From contig CBFHAJ010000002.1 of assembly GCA_965653495.1 (NCBI GenBank), positions 1 through 59,323 of the forward strand: a DNA stretch of 59,323 bases. Reading direction: 5' to 3'. Source of the DNA: an uncultured bacterium. GTDB lineage: Bacteria; Gemmatimonadota; Gemmatimonadetes; Gemmatimonadales; GWC2-71-9. The translations under genes and the position numbers were made by a program. The notes under the pieces are model-generated. The model worked only from the letters and a program-made list of their open reading frames with translations, had not been told where the DNA came from and did not search any database. Position 1 is the stretch's first letter. The number at the start of each line of letters is the position of its first letter. Positions 42,831-52,556 of this stretch are shown piece by piece.

Positions 42831-43593
42831 ATGTCACACGACAATCGCGAGTGGCTGTGCGTGGGCCGGACCTGCTGGAAGGCGCGAGCGCCGCTGCGCT
42901 GGGGTGTGACGGGCCCGCTACGTCTGGCGCGGGCGGCGTTTCCTCAGCGCGTCGTGCAGCAACGCTGGATTCGCTACCAGCGTGATCTGGCGGACACGCC
43001 GCCTCCTCCCCCCAACGTCCGTCTCACGCCCGTGAGCGACGCCGTCATCGGCGCGTTGCGGATCCGTCCCGATCGCGCCGAGACGGAGCTCAAGGCCGGG
43101 CTGCGGTTATGGGACGCGGGGCTGCAGCGCGCCTTTGTCTGGATCGGCGACGACGGCCCGCTGTGGCGCCGGCGCACGCCGCTGCAGGCTCCCCTCGACG
43201 ATCCCGGCAGACGTCTGGATCGGCGACGACGGCCCGCTGTGCATTCAGTGGCTGCTCACCGCCGACGACAACCGGCGGCTGCGTCGCCTGAGCGAGTGGG
43301 CCGGGCTGTATCCCCCGGTGCCCACCGGTTGGGGGCAGGTCGACAACCTGTTCGTGTTCGCCGCGGCACAGCTGGGGAGCGTCGCGACGTGCTTCGCATA
43401 CGCCCTGTTCGAACAGGCGCGCGCGGCCGGCCTGAAGGGGCTCATCACTCACGTCCGGGCCGGAAACCTGGCGGCGCGGCAATGGGCCGAGTGCGCCGGC
43501 TGGCGGCGCTATGGCACGATCACGCGCTACCAGGTGGGCTGGCCGCCGCTGCTCGTGAAGAGCGTGTACCTGCACCGCAACGGCGGGAGCTAG
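42831..43593 (+). pseudogene. GNAT-like acetyltransferase disrupted by a 76-bp out-of-frame insertion
   Basis: The N-terminal part, in frame 0, runs to ...LQRAFVWIGDDGPL (copy 1). The C-terminal part, in frame +1, resumes at VWIGDDGPLCIQWLL... (copy 2). Removing 76 nt gives 687 nt, one 228-aa ORF. The start ATG 42831 is tentative. Confidence 0.5.
43137..43241 (+). repeat. Two identical 29-bp direct repeats (43137-43165 and 43213-43241) flanking a 47-bp unique segment
   Basis: GTCTGGATCGGCGACGACGGCCCGCTGTG occurs twice, 76 bp apart. Confidence 0.85.
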
Positions 43594-44858
43594 CGCAGCA
43601 GCCGCCGTCCCAGAATCGATTCCAGGCCCGCGAGCGCGAGCCGCGCGGCGTAGCGGGTCTGGACCACGTCCGATCCCGCCTGGGTCAGCTGCACCTGGGA
43701 GTCCACCAGCTCGAGGATGGTCGCGGCACCCGCCCGGTAGCGCTCCTCCTGCACGCGGAAATTCTCGGCGGCTGTCGCCCGCGCCTTGATGGCGAGGGCG
43801 TAGTTGGCGCGCGCGGTGGTGTAGGTCTCGTAGGCCTCGGTCACGTCCCGGCGGGCGGCCCGCTCCCTGTCCTCGCGCGCCGCGCGGGCCACGTCGCGGC
43901 TCACTCGCGCTCCGCTGATCGCCACCTGACGCGCGCCTCCGTCCCATAGCGGCAGGCTCACCCGCAGGGTGAGGAATGACAGACTCCGCTCCTGGGGCAC
44001 GAAGCGCGTATCGAACTGCTCACTTTCCCCCAGCAGCGTCAGCTCGGGGAAGTAAGTGCCGCGCGCGCCGGCGAGCACCGCCGACGCGGCGCGCTCGTTG
44101 GCGCGCGCGAGGCGGAACCGCGGGCCCTCGTCGAGCGCCAGGCTGACCGTCTGCTCGAGCGACAGCGGCAGCGCCGGCGCCTGCAGTGGGTCGAGTGGTT
44201 GCGCGGCCACAGGGCCCGCCGCGCCCACGCGCCGGCCCAGCTGCAGCCGCGCCACGGCCAGGGTGACCGCCTGCTGCGCGGAATCGATCTCGGCCCGGGT
44301 CTCCTCGAGCGCCACCTGGAGCGAGTCGCTCTGCACCGCCACGCCGTGCACCACCCGGGCGCGCGCCACTGACAGTTGCTCGCGCGCGCGGTTCAGCCGC
44401 TCCGTGGCCACGCGCAGCAGCTCCTGGTTTGCAAGCACGCTGTAGTAGTCGGCCTCCGTTTCCATCGCGGTCTGGAAGCGCTGCGCCACGGCGCTGGCAG
44501 CAGCGGCGTCGTGGCTCGCATCGGTCGCGGCGAGATCCGCGATCTTCCGCACGGACAAGAGCTCGTAGCTCGCGCTCGCGTACGTCGTCACAGCGCTGGT
44601 GCGCTCCAGCCCCGTGCCGGGGTTGATGAAGGGCGACGAGTAGTGGGTCGCCTCGAGCCCGAGCTCGATGGACGGCAGGATGAAGGCCAGGCGGGCCGCG
44701 CGGCGTGCCCACGCGGCGTTGTCCACCTGCCCGAGCGCACTGACATACGCCGGGTCGAGTCGGGCGGCGCGCTCGATGGCCTCGCTGAGCGACACGCTGG
44801 GCAGCGTATCGACTGGCACAACCAGCTGGACCGTGAGCGCCAGCACGCCGAACATCAC
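43590..44858 (-). CDS. TolC-family outer membrane efflux protein
   Basis: LSEAIERAARLDPAY and the repeated helical/OEP pattern are present. ATGA overlap with the adaptor gene. Confidence 0.8.
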   Translation of the reverse strand: MMFGVLALTVQLVVPVDTLPSVSLSEAIERAARLDPAYVSALGQVDNAAWARRAARLAFILPSIELGLEATHYSSPFINPGTGLERTSAVTTYASASYELLSVRKIADLAATDASHDAAAASAVAQRFQTAMETEADYYSVLANQELLRVATERLNRAREQLSVARARVVHGVAVQSDSLQVALEETRAEIDSAQQAVTLAVARLQLGRRVGAAGPVAAQPLDPLQAPALPLSLEQTVSLALDEGPRFRLARANERAASAVLAGARGTYFPELTLLGESEQFDTRFVPQERSLSFLTLRVSLPLWDGGARQVAISGARVSRDVARAAREDRERAARRDVTEAYETYTTARANYALAIKARATAAENFRVQEERYRAGAATILELVDSQVQLTQAGSDVVQTRYAARLALAGLESILGRRLLR

Positions 44859-45952
44859 CGCTCCTCCACTGGCTGGACTCGCGCGCCTTCGGCGACACTC
44901 TCCCCCACGTTCAAGGCCACCCGTTCGCCGGGCGCCACGCCGCTCGCGATCTGGGCGTTGGCCCCGTCGTCGCGCGCCACCGCCACCCGCCGAAACGCGA
45001 TGCGGTTGGTGGAGTCGATGACCGCCACCAGGGTCGTATCGCCCCGCACGATCAGCGCCGCCGCCGGGAGCTCGGGGTAGCCGCGGCCCTTGGCAGCGAG
45101 CTTTACGGTGACGTAGCTCCCGGGCACGATCTCACCGCCGCGGTTCTCCAGGTCGACCTCGGCGAGCAGCGTCCGGGTCCGCGGGTCGAGCAGCCCGCTC
45201 ACCCGCGACACGTGCGACGGGAGGTGCACGTCGGGACGGTCGGGGACTGTGACCTCGGCCGGCGCGCCCACCTTCACGAGCGGCGCATCCTGCTGGTCCA
45301 CGTAGGCGTACACCCGCAGGCGACCGGTCGCCGAGACCGTGAGAACCGGTAACGCACCAGTTTGCGCGTTGGTGGCGTTCTGGACCAGGGCGCCCGGGTC
45401 GGCGTAGCGCGCGGTGACGCGACCGGCGAACGGCGCCCGGATCACCTCGTACGACTTGAGCGTTTCGATCGCCTTGAGGTTGGCCTCGGACACCGCGGCG
45501 TCGGTCTCGTAGCGCTCAGCTTCCTGCGCCGAGCTGGCGTTCTCTCCGGCGAGCGCGCGGAACCGTCCGGCGTTGACGCGCTTGTTGCGCGCGTCGGCGA
45601 GCGCCGCCTCGTACTGCTGGTCGAGCTCGGGCGACTCGATCACCGCCAGTACTTGCCCGGCGCTCACCGCATCGCCCTTGTCGACCAGGATCTGGCGCAG
45701 GTAGCCACTCACTTTGGCGTACAGCGTGACCGACGCGTATGGTCGGGCCTCGCCGAGCAGCGTGAGGTGCTGCGCGCTGTCGGGCGGCGTCACGTGCGCC
45801 ACGCGCACGTGCGGCCCCGCGGCCACGTCCGCGGCGCGTGCCCGCCCCTCCGCGCGCACCAGCGCGACTTTGCGCGCGAGCAGCGCGGCGACCAGGGCAC
45901 GCGACACCGCCATCGAGACCATGCCGCCGATGAACCAGCGACGCTCCGTCAT
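44855..45952 (-). CDS. RND efflux periplasmic adaptor (MFP/HlyD family)
   Basis: Motifs VSGYLRQILVDKGDAVSAGQVLAVIESPEL and IRAPFAGRVTARYADPGALV. Confidence 0.85.
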   Translation of the reverse strand: MTERRWFIGGMVSMAVSRALVAALLARKVALVRAEGRARAADVAAGPHVRVAHVTPPDSAQHLTLLGEARPYASVTLYAKVSGYLRQILVDKGDAVSAGQVLAVIESPELDQQYEAALADARNKRVNAGRFRALAGENASSAQEAERYETDAAVSEANLKAIETLKSYEVIRAPFAGRVTARYADPGALVQNATNAQTGALPVLTVSATGRLRVYAYVDQQDAPLVKVGAPAEVTVPDRPDVHLPSHVSRVSGLLDPRTRTLLAEVDLENRGGEIVPGSYVTVKLAAKGRGYPELPAAALIVRGDTTLVAVIDSTNRIAFRRVAVARDDGANAQIASGVAPGERVALNVGESVAEGARVQPVEER

Positions 45953-48900
45953 GAGGCTTCCCCTTCCCCTCTTTCCTCTGCGAGGAACCGCTCGTCGAGC
46001 ATATGGCTCGTGGGCGGCTTGGTCCGAATCAACGAATACACGACCGGCACGATGAACAGCGTGGCCGCGGTCGCGAGCACCAGCCCGCCGATCACGGCGC
46101 GCCCGAGCGGCGCGTTCTGCTCTCCTCCCTCGCCCAGGCCCACGGCCATCGGGATCATGCCGATGATCATCGCGAGCGCCGTCATCAGCACGGGCCGCAG
46201 CCGGGTGATGCCGGCCTCGAGCGCGGCGGCGCGCGCGTCACTCCCCGTCTCCACCCGGCGATCGTTGGCGAAGCTCACCAGCAGGATCGAGTTCGACACC
46301 GCGATCCCCACGGCCATGATCGAGCCCATCAGCGACTCGACGTTGAGCGTGGTTCCGGTGAGCGCGAGCATCCACAGGATGCCCACCAGCGCACCCGGCA
46401 CCGCTGCCATGATGATGAACGGATCGAGCCAGGATTGGAACAGCACGACCATGAGGCAATACACCAGCACCACCGCGAGGATCAGCCCGAGCCCCAAACT
46501 CCGGAATGACGCGGTCATCACCTCACCCTGTCCTCGCACGGTCACCCGCATGCCGGCGGGCAGCGTCCCCAGTGCGGCGATGCGGGAGCGGATGTCCCCC
46601 ACCACCGAGCCCAGGTCGCGGCCTTCCACACCCGCTGCGACGTCGAGCACGCGCTGCACCGTGTAATGGCTGACGACCCCAGGCGCGGCGCCCGGGGAAA
46701 CGCTCGCCACGTTGCCGAGCATCACCGCCGGCGCCTCCGGGGGCTCGGCGAGCGCGGGCGCCCCCCCTCCCCCGCTCGCATCGGCGGGCCGGGGCCCCCC
46801 CGAGGCCGGCGTGAGCGGCGTGGCGAGCAGGCTCGGCACCGAGGCGAGCCGCGCGATCGGCGTCTGCACCGACACGATGTAGTTCACGTTGTTCGCGGGG
46901 TTCAGGAAGAACGACGGCGCGATCAGCCCGCTCGAGGAGAGGGATATGACCATGCTGTTGGCCACGTCGCGCTGTGACAGGCCCAGCTGCGCCGCCCGCA
47001 CCCGGTCGACCTGCACCTTCAGCGAGGGGTAATCGAGCACCTGCGCGATGTGCACGTCCACCGCGCCGGGCACGGTGCGGATCGCGTCGCGCAGCCGCCG
47101 CGCGATCTCGTACGAGCGGCTCAGGTTCGTCCCCTCCACCTGCACGTCCACTGGCGCCGACACGCCGAAGTTCAGCACCTGGCTCACGATGTCGGCCGGC
47201 TGGAAGTAGAACGTCGACCCGGGAAACGCCGGCCCGAGCGCCGCGCGCAGGGCCCGCTTATATCCGCGCGTGGCGTGGTGTCCCGGCTTCAAGGCGATGA
47301 GGATTTCCGCGTCCATCGCGCCGATGTTGTCGGTGGGGACGAACGCCAGATTGTAGAAGAGCGGCACCCCGATCATGTCGTTGACGGTCTCGAGCTCGTC
47401 GGCGGGTATGGTCTCGTGGATGCGCTGCTCCACCTGCTCCACCAGCCGCTCGGTCTCCTCGAGCCGCGTGCCCGCCGGCGCGCGGAAATGCAGCTTCATG
47501 AGTCCCGCGTCCACCGTCGGGAAGAAATCGGTCCCCACCACCGTCAGGAGCGCCCCACCGGAGAGCGCGAGGACAAGGGCGAGCACCAGCGCGAAGCGCC
47601 GGTGGGCCAGCACCAGCTCGAGCGTGCGTCCGTACGCCGCCTGGAAGCGGCCCCACAGCTCGTCGCGCGTGCGGTTGAATGCCGACGCCGTCGCCGCCGC
47701 GTGCTCCTCACCCGGCATCAGCAGGCGCGCCAACAACGGCACCAGGGTACGCGACAGCACGTACGACGCGAGCATCGCGAACACCACCGCCAGCGCCAGC
47801 GGGGTGAACAGGTACTTGGCGGGGCCGTACAGCAGCGCCACCGGGAAGAACACGATGCAGATGGCCAGCGTCGCGACGATCGCCGGCACCGCGACCTGGC
47901 GGGCGCCGTCCAGCACCGCGATCGTGAGCGGTTTCCCCAGCGCGCGGTTGCGATGGATGTTCTCGATCGCCACGGTGGCGTCGTCTACCAGCATGCCGAT
48001 CGCGAGCGCCAGACCACCCAGCGTCATGATGTTGATCGTCTGGTTGGCGAACTTGAGCCCCAGGAACGCCGCGAAGATCGCCAGCGGGATCGAGGTCGAG
48101 ACGATCACCACGCTGCGCCAACTGCCCAGAAACGCGAAGATCATGAGCGAGACGAGCACCGACGCGAGGATCGCCTCACGCACCACGCCCGTGATCGCCG
48201 CCCGTACGAACAGCGACTGGTCGAAGTCGATCTTGAGGTCGAGCCCCTTCGGCGCCACCGCTTCGATCGCCGGGATCGCCGCGCGTGTGGCCTCGACGAC
48301 GGCCAGCGTGGAGGCGTCGGCGTGCTTCAGGATCGCCAAGTACGTCGCGCGCTGCCCGTTGACGCGCACGATGTTGGACTGCTCGGCATACCCGTCCGTC
48401 ACCCGCGCCACATCGCCCAGCAGGACGGCCGCACCGTTCACCACTTTCAGCGGGATGTTCGCGAACTCGGGCACCGCCGACGGGCTCGAGTTCATGAGCA
48501 CGTTGTACTCAGTGGTGCCGACGCGCGCGGTGCCGGCCGGCACGATCACGTTCGACACCTGCAGCGCGTTGACCACGTCGGCGGGCGACAGGCCCTTGGC
48601 GGCGAGCGCCTGCGGATCGATGTCGATGCTCACCTGGCGCTGCCGGCCGCCGAACGGCGCGGGCGTCGACAACCCCGGGATGGTGAACAGCCGCACCCGG
48701 ATGAAGTTGAGCCCGTAGTCGAAGATCCGGTCTTCCGGGAGCGTCGCACTCGAGGCCGTGAGCTGCGCCACCGGCACGTTGGACGCGTTGAACTGAATCA
48801 CGGTGGGCGGCTGCATCCCGGGCGGCGTGAGCCGGAGGATGGTGCTCGACACCGCGCCGATCTGCGCGATCGCGGCCCCGATGTCGGTGCCTGGCTGGAA

Positions 48901-49185
48901 GTAGACCTTCAGGAGCCCGATACCAGGAATCGATTGCGACTCGATGCGCTCGATCCCGTTGACCGTGGTCGAGAAGCCGCGCTCGCTGATGATCACCACG
49001 CGGCGCTCCATCTCTTCCGCCGAGAGCCCCGGGTAGTTCCACACCACCGCCACGACGGGGATGTCGATCGCCGGGAAGATGTCCACGATCATGCGCGTGA
49101 GCGATAGCGTACCCAGGACGAGAATGAGCAGGGCCATCACCGCGATCGTGTACGGCCGGCGCAGGGCCAGGCGGACGATCCACAT
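45949..49185 (-). CDS. RND efflux transporter permease (AcrB/HAE1-like)
   Basis: The 1078-aa ORF starts MWIVRLALRRPYTIAVMALLILVLG. It shows the 12-TM/large periplasmic loop pattern, including MLVDDATVAIENIHRN. Confidence 0.9.
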   Translation of the reverse strand: MWIVRLALRRPYTIAVMALLILVLGTLSLTRMIVDIFPAIDIPVVAVVWNYPGLSAEEMERRVVIISERGFSTTVNGIERIESQSIPGIGLLKVYFQPGTDIGAAIAQIGAVSSTILRLTPPGMQPPTVIQFNASNVPVAQLTASSATLPEDRIFDYGLNFIRVRLFTIPGLSTPAPFGGRQRQVSIDIDPQALAAKGLSPADVVNALQVSNVIVPAGTARVGTTEYNVLMNSSPSAVPEFANIPLKVVNGAAVLLGDVARVTDGYAEQSNIVRVNGQRATYLAILKHADASTLAVVEATRAAIPAIEAVAPKGLDLKIDFDQSLFVRAAITGVVREAILASVLVSLMIFAFLGSWRSVVIVSTSIPLAIFAAFLGLKFANQTINIMTLGGLALAIGMLVDDATVAIENIHRNRALGKPLTIAVLDGARQVAVPAIVATLAICIVFFPVALLYGPAKYLFTPLALAVVFAMLASYVLSRTLVPLLARLLMPGEEHAAATASAFNRTRDELWGRFQAAYGRTLELVLAHRRFALVLALVLALSGGALLTVVGTDFFPTVDAGLMKLHFRAPAGTRLEETERLVEQVEQRIHETIPADELETVNDMIGVPLFYNLAFVPTDNIGAMDAEILIALKPGHHATRGYKRALRAALGPAFPGSTFYFQPADIVSQVLNFGVSAPVDVQVEGTNLSRSYEIARRLRDAIRTVPGAVDVHIAQVLDYPSLKVQVDRVRAAQLGLSQRDVANSMVISLSSSGLIAPSFFLNPANNVNYIVSVQTPIARLASVPSLLATPLTPASGGPRPADASGGGGAPALAEPPEAPAVMLGNVASVSPGAAPGVVSHYTVQRVLDVAAGVEGRDLGSVVGDIRSRIAALGTLPAGMRVTVRGQGEVMTASFRSLGLGLILAVVLVYCLMVVLFQSWLDPFIIMAAVPGALVGILWMLALTGTTLNVESLMGSIMAVGIAVSNSILLVSFANDRRVETGSDARAAALEAGITRLRPVLMTALAMIIGMIPMAVGLGEGGEQNAPLGRAVIGGLVLATAATLFIVPVVYSLIRTKPPTSHMLDERFLAEERGEGEAS

Positions 49186-49343
49186 ACGAGCCTCTCAGGG
49201 TGGGCGGCGAGCTACGGTGCGGGGACAAGCTCAACAACACGCGCGGCCCCGGCTCAGTTCCGCCGCAACGGTTTCCCGGGGAACCTGGCGCCACTGCTGC
49301 GCCGGCGCCATGCTATGCCTCCCCTGCACCGAGGCTCCCGGAC

Positions 49344-52300
49344 ATGGCGCTGTTTGCGTTGTACGCCGTCGCGTCCCTCGTGACCGCCCAGCAGCCCGAC
49401 ACGGCGTGGTGGGCACGGCTGCGCTACCGCTTCGTCGGTCCCGAAGGGAATCGCGCGGTGGCGGTGGTGGGGGAGCCCGGCAATCCGCTCGTCGCCTACC
49501 TGGGCGCGGCCTCTGGAGGCGTGTGGAAGACGGAGGATGGCGGCGTGCACTGGCAGGCGGTGTTCGACTCGGAGCCCGCGCAGGCGATCGGGGCCCTCGC
49601 GCTCGCCCCGTCGGCCCACAACGTCCTGTGGGCGGGCACGGGCGAGACGTTTTTCATCCGCTCCACCACGGCGCTCGGAAACGGCGTGTACCGGTCCACC
49701 GACGGCGGGCGCAGCTGGCAGCACCAGGGGCTCGACGGCACCGGGCGGATCGCGCGCATCGTCATCCACCCTTGGAATCCCGACATCGTGCTGGTATGCG
49801 CCCTGGGGCGCGCATACGGGCCGGCGCAGGAGCGCGGCGTGTACCGCACCACCGACGGCGGCCGGACCTGGACGCGTGCGCTGTTCGTCGACGCCAACAC
49901 CGGGTGCTCCGACCTCGCGATCGACCCCGGTGATCCCAACACGCTATTCGCCGGCATGTGGCAGTTCGAAGTGAAGACCTGGCACCTGCAGAGTGGCGGG
50001 CCGGGGAGCGGGCTATGGGTGTCGCGCGATGGCGGTGCCAGCTGGAAGCACCTCGCAGGGCACGGGCTGCCCGACGCTTCGCACGTGGTCGGAAAGGTCG
50101 CCGTGGCGGTCGCCCCCTCGAACCCCAACACGATCTACGCGTTGATCGAGGATCAGGACCCGACGCTGTATCGCAGTGACGATCGGGGAGGAACGTGGCA
50201 CGTGGTGAGCCACGACCACTCGATGGCGGAGCGCGCGCCGTATTACGTGCGTTTCGCCGTCGCCCCCGACGACGAAGAGCGGCTCTATTTCGTCTCGGTG
50301 CGGTTCAGCATGTCGCGCGACGGCGGCCGCACGCTGGCCTACTCGGATTATCGCGGCGGCGGCGACAACCACGACATCTGGATCGATCCGCTGAACCCCG
50401 ACCGCTTCATGGTCGCCCACGACGGCGGCGCCAGCATCACCCTCAATCGTGGCCGCTCGTTCATGCGCGTGGTGCTCCCGATCGCCCAGATGTATCACGT
50501 GTACGCCGACACGCGTGTGCCCTACAACCTGTACGGCAACCGCCAGGACGGCACGTCCTATCGCCTGCCGAGCCGCAGCCTGTCGGACGGTATCAACGAA
50601 AGCGACTGGCAGCATGTCGGCGGGTGCGAGAGCGGCTTTGGTATCCCCGACACCGTGGACAACGTGACGGTCTGGTCGGGGTGCTACGACGGCGGGCTCG
50701 AGGTGTACGACACCCGCACCGCCCACGCTCGCAACGTGCGCGTGTGGCCCGAGGCCGGGTACGGCTGGCGGCCGGCCGACCTGAAGTACCGCTGGAACTG
50801 GACGTTCCCCGTCATGATCTCGCCGCACGATCACCGACGGGTGTACGCGGGCAGCCAGTACGTGCATCTCACCACCGACGGGGGGGCGAGCTGGAAAGTA
50901 GTGAGCCCCGATCTCACCCGGAACGACACGACTCATCAGCGCAGCTCGGGCGGCGTCACCACCGACAACCTGATGACGTTCGACGGGTCCACGCTGTTCG
51001 CGCTGGCCGAGTCACCCGTGCAGGCAGGCGTGATCTGGGCGGGCTCGAACGATGGACTGGTGCACGTGACGCGCGATGGCGGCGCGACCTGGAGCGACGT
51101 GACCAGCAACATCCCCAAGCTCGCGCCCTGGGGAAAGATCTCCAACATCGAGCCCTCGCACTTCGACGCGGCCACGGCCTACGTGACCGCGGACCTGCAC
51201 GAGCTCGACGACCTCGATCCTTACATCTATAAGACGACGGACTACGGAAAGAGCTGGAAGAAAATCTCCGACGCCTTGCCGCGGTCGTCGCTGGCGTTCG
51301 TCCACGTCGTCAAGGAAGATCCGGCGCGCCGCGGCCTGCTGTTCGCCGGCACCGAAAACGGCGTCTACGTGACCTTCGACGACGGGGCCCGTTGGCTGCC
51401 GCTCCAGACCAACCTGCCGCACACGCCGATCTCCTGGATCACGGTGCAGCCGCACTTTCATGATCTGGTGGTCTCGACCTACGGCCGGGGCATCTGGATC
51501 CTGGACGACATCTCGCCGCTCGAGTCACCCGACCTCACGACCGGTCGGGCCGTCCTGTTCCCGCCGAGGGTCGCCTATCGGTTCCGCGCCCAGCAGGGTG
51601 CCGTGAGCGCACCCAACAGCGCCGTGCGCGCCGACAGCGTTCCGGACGGCGCCGCCCTGACCTATTTCCTGCCCGCCACCCTCGCCGATACGGCGACGAC
51701 ACCCGACAGCGCGCACCGCTCGAGCCCCGCGAAGATCGTGATCCTGGGCGCCGGGGGAGACACGATTCGCGTGCTCGAGGGAGAGCGCAAGCCGGGCCTC
51801 AACCGTGTGTGGTGGAACTTGCGGTACACCTCACCGACGACCCCCAAGCTGCGCACGCCACCACCCGGCAAGCCCTGGGTCCACGTCGGGGCAGATGGCA
51901 CGCGGCCGCTCGTGACGTGGGACCTGGACTTGTCGCTGCGAGGGCCATTCGTGCCCCCCGGCGCGTACAGCGTGCGACTCACCGTGGGCGACAGCGCTGC
52001 GCGGACGACGTTGACCCAGCCGCTGACCGTGCTGAAGGACCCGAACACGGTGGCGACGGATTCGGACGTTCAGGCCCAGACCCGGCTCGCGCTCGCTATC
52101 CGGTCGGAGCAGGACAGCGTGGCCCGCATGATCAACCGGCTCGAGTGGGTGCGCAAGCAGCTGGGAGATCTCGGCGGCCAGCTGCGGGGCGATTCGGCGC
52201 TGGCGCGCGACTCGGCCGTGCGGCGACTGGGTGCGCTCGCTGACACCCTCGAGCGGCACGCCGTGGCCGTGGAAGGCATGCTGTTCGATGTGAATCTCAC

Positions 52301-52556
52301 CGGAGCGCGCGAGGATGCGTTCCGCAACCCCATCCAGTTATACGGACGGCTCGCCGCGCTGCAATCTGACGTTTCGGAGAGTGGCGCCGACTTCGCACCG
52401 ACGGCACAACAGCTCGCAGTGCACGAGCTGTTCCGCCAGCGCCTCGCCGACGCTGTCACCCGGTTTGCCGGCTTCATGGGCACGGAGGTACCCGCCTTCG
52501 GCGCGGCGCTCCGGAAGGCGGCGCTCCGCGACGTTATCCCGAGTGGCGCGCCGTAA
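49344..52556 (+). CDS. VPS10/sortilin-like BNR-repeat (glycosyl-hydrolase-like beta-propeller) protein
   Basis: Trimmed to the ATG at 49344 (signal peptide MALFALYAVASLVTAQQ). S-x-D-x-G-x-x-W repeats recur: TEDGGVHW, STDGGRSW, TTDGGRTW, SRDGGASW, SDDRGGTW, TTDGGASW, TRDGGATW. Confidence 0.8.
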   Translation: MALFALYAVASLVTAQQPDTAWWARLRYRFVGPEGNRAVAVVGEPGNPLVAYLGAASGGVWKTEDGGVHWQAVFDSEPAQAIGALALAPSAHNVLWAGTGETFFIRSTTALGNGVYRSTDGGRSWQHQGLDGTGRIARIVIHPWNPDIVLVCALGRAYGPAQERGVYRTTDGGRTWTRALFVDANTGCSDLAIDPGDPNTLFAGMWQFEVKTWHLQSGGPGSGLWVSRDGGASWKHLAGHGLPDASHVVGKVAVAVAPSNPNTIYALIEDQDPTLYRSDDRGGTWHVVSHDHSMAERAPYYVRFAVAPDDEERLYFVSVRFSMSRDGGRTLAYSDYRGGGDNHDIWIDPLNPDRFMVAHDGGASITLNRGRSFMRVVLPIAQMYHVYADTRVPYNLYGNRQDGTSYRLPSRSLSDGINESDWQHVGGCESGFGIPDTVDNVTVWSGCYDGGLEVYDTRTAHARNVRVWPEAGYGWRPADLKYRWNWTFPVMISPHDHRRVYAGSQYVHLTTDGGASWKVVSPDLTRNDTTHQRSSGGVTTDNLMTFDGSTLFALAESPVQAGVIWAGSNDGLVHVTRDGGATWSDVTSNIPKLAPWGKISNIEPSHFDAATAYVTADLHELDDLDPYIYKTTDYGKSWKKISDALPRSSLAFVHVVKEDPARRGLLFAGTENGVYVTFDDGARWLPLQTNLPHTPISWITVQPHFHDLVVSTYGRGIWILDDISPLESPDLTTGRAVLFPPRVAYRFRAQQGAVSAPNSAVRADSVPDGAALTYFLPATLADTATTPDSAHRSSPAKIVILGAGGDTIRVLEGERKPGLNRVWWNLRYTSPTTPKLRTPPPGKPWVHVGADGTRPLVTWDLDLSLRGPFVPPGAYSVRLTVGDSAARTTLTQPLTVLKDPNTVATDSDVQAQTRLALAIRSEQDSVARMINRLEWVRKQLGDLGGQLRGDSALARDSAVRRLGALADTLERHAVAVEGMLFDVNLTGAREDAFRNPIQLYGRLAALQSDVSESGADFAPTAQQLAVHELFRQRLADAVTRFAGFMGTEVPAFGAALRKAALRDVIPSGAP

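Noticed and set aside
42771-43949. 392-aa plus ORF and 285-aa minus ORF (43090..43947) spanning the GNAT/TolC junction
   Set aside because: Beyond about 43165 the plus ORF becomes Arg-rich nonsense and runs antisense into the TolC gene. The minus ORF is likewise low-complexity. Only the N-terminal part of the plus ORF is used, as the 5' half of the frameshifted GNAT.
47050-49107. 685-aa plus-strand ORF (and 45362..46666, 47375..48718)
   Set aside because: These ORFs are antisense or out of frame to the clearly real RND permease and adaptor genes.
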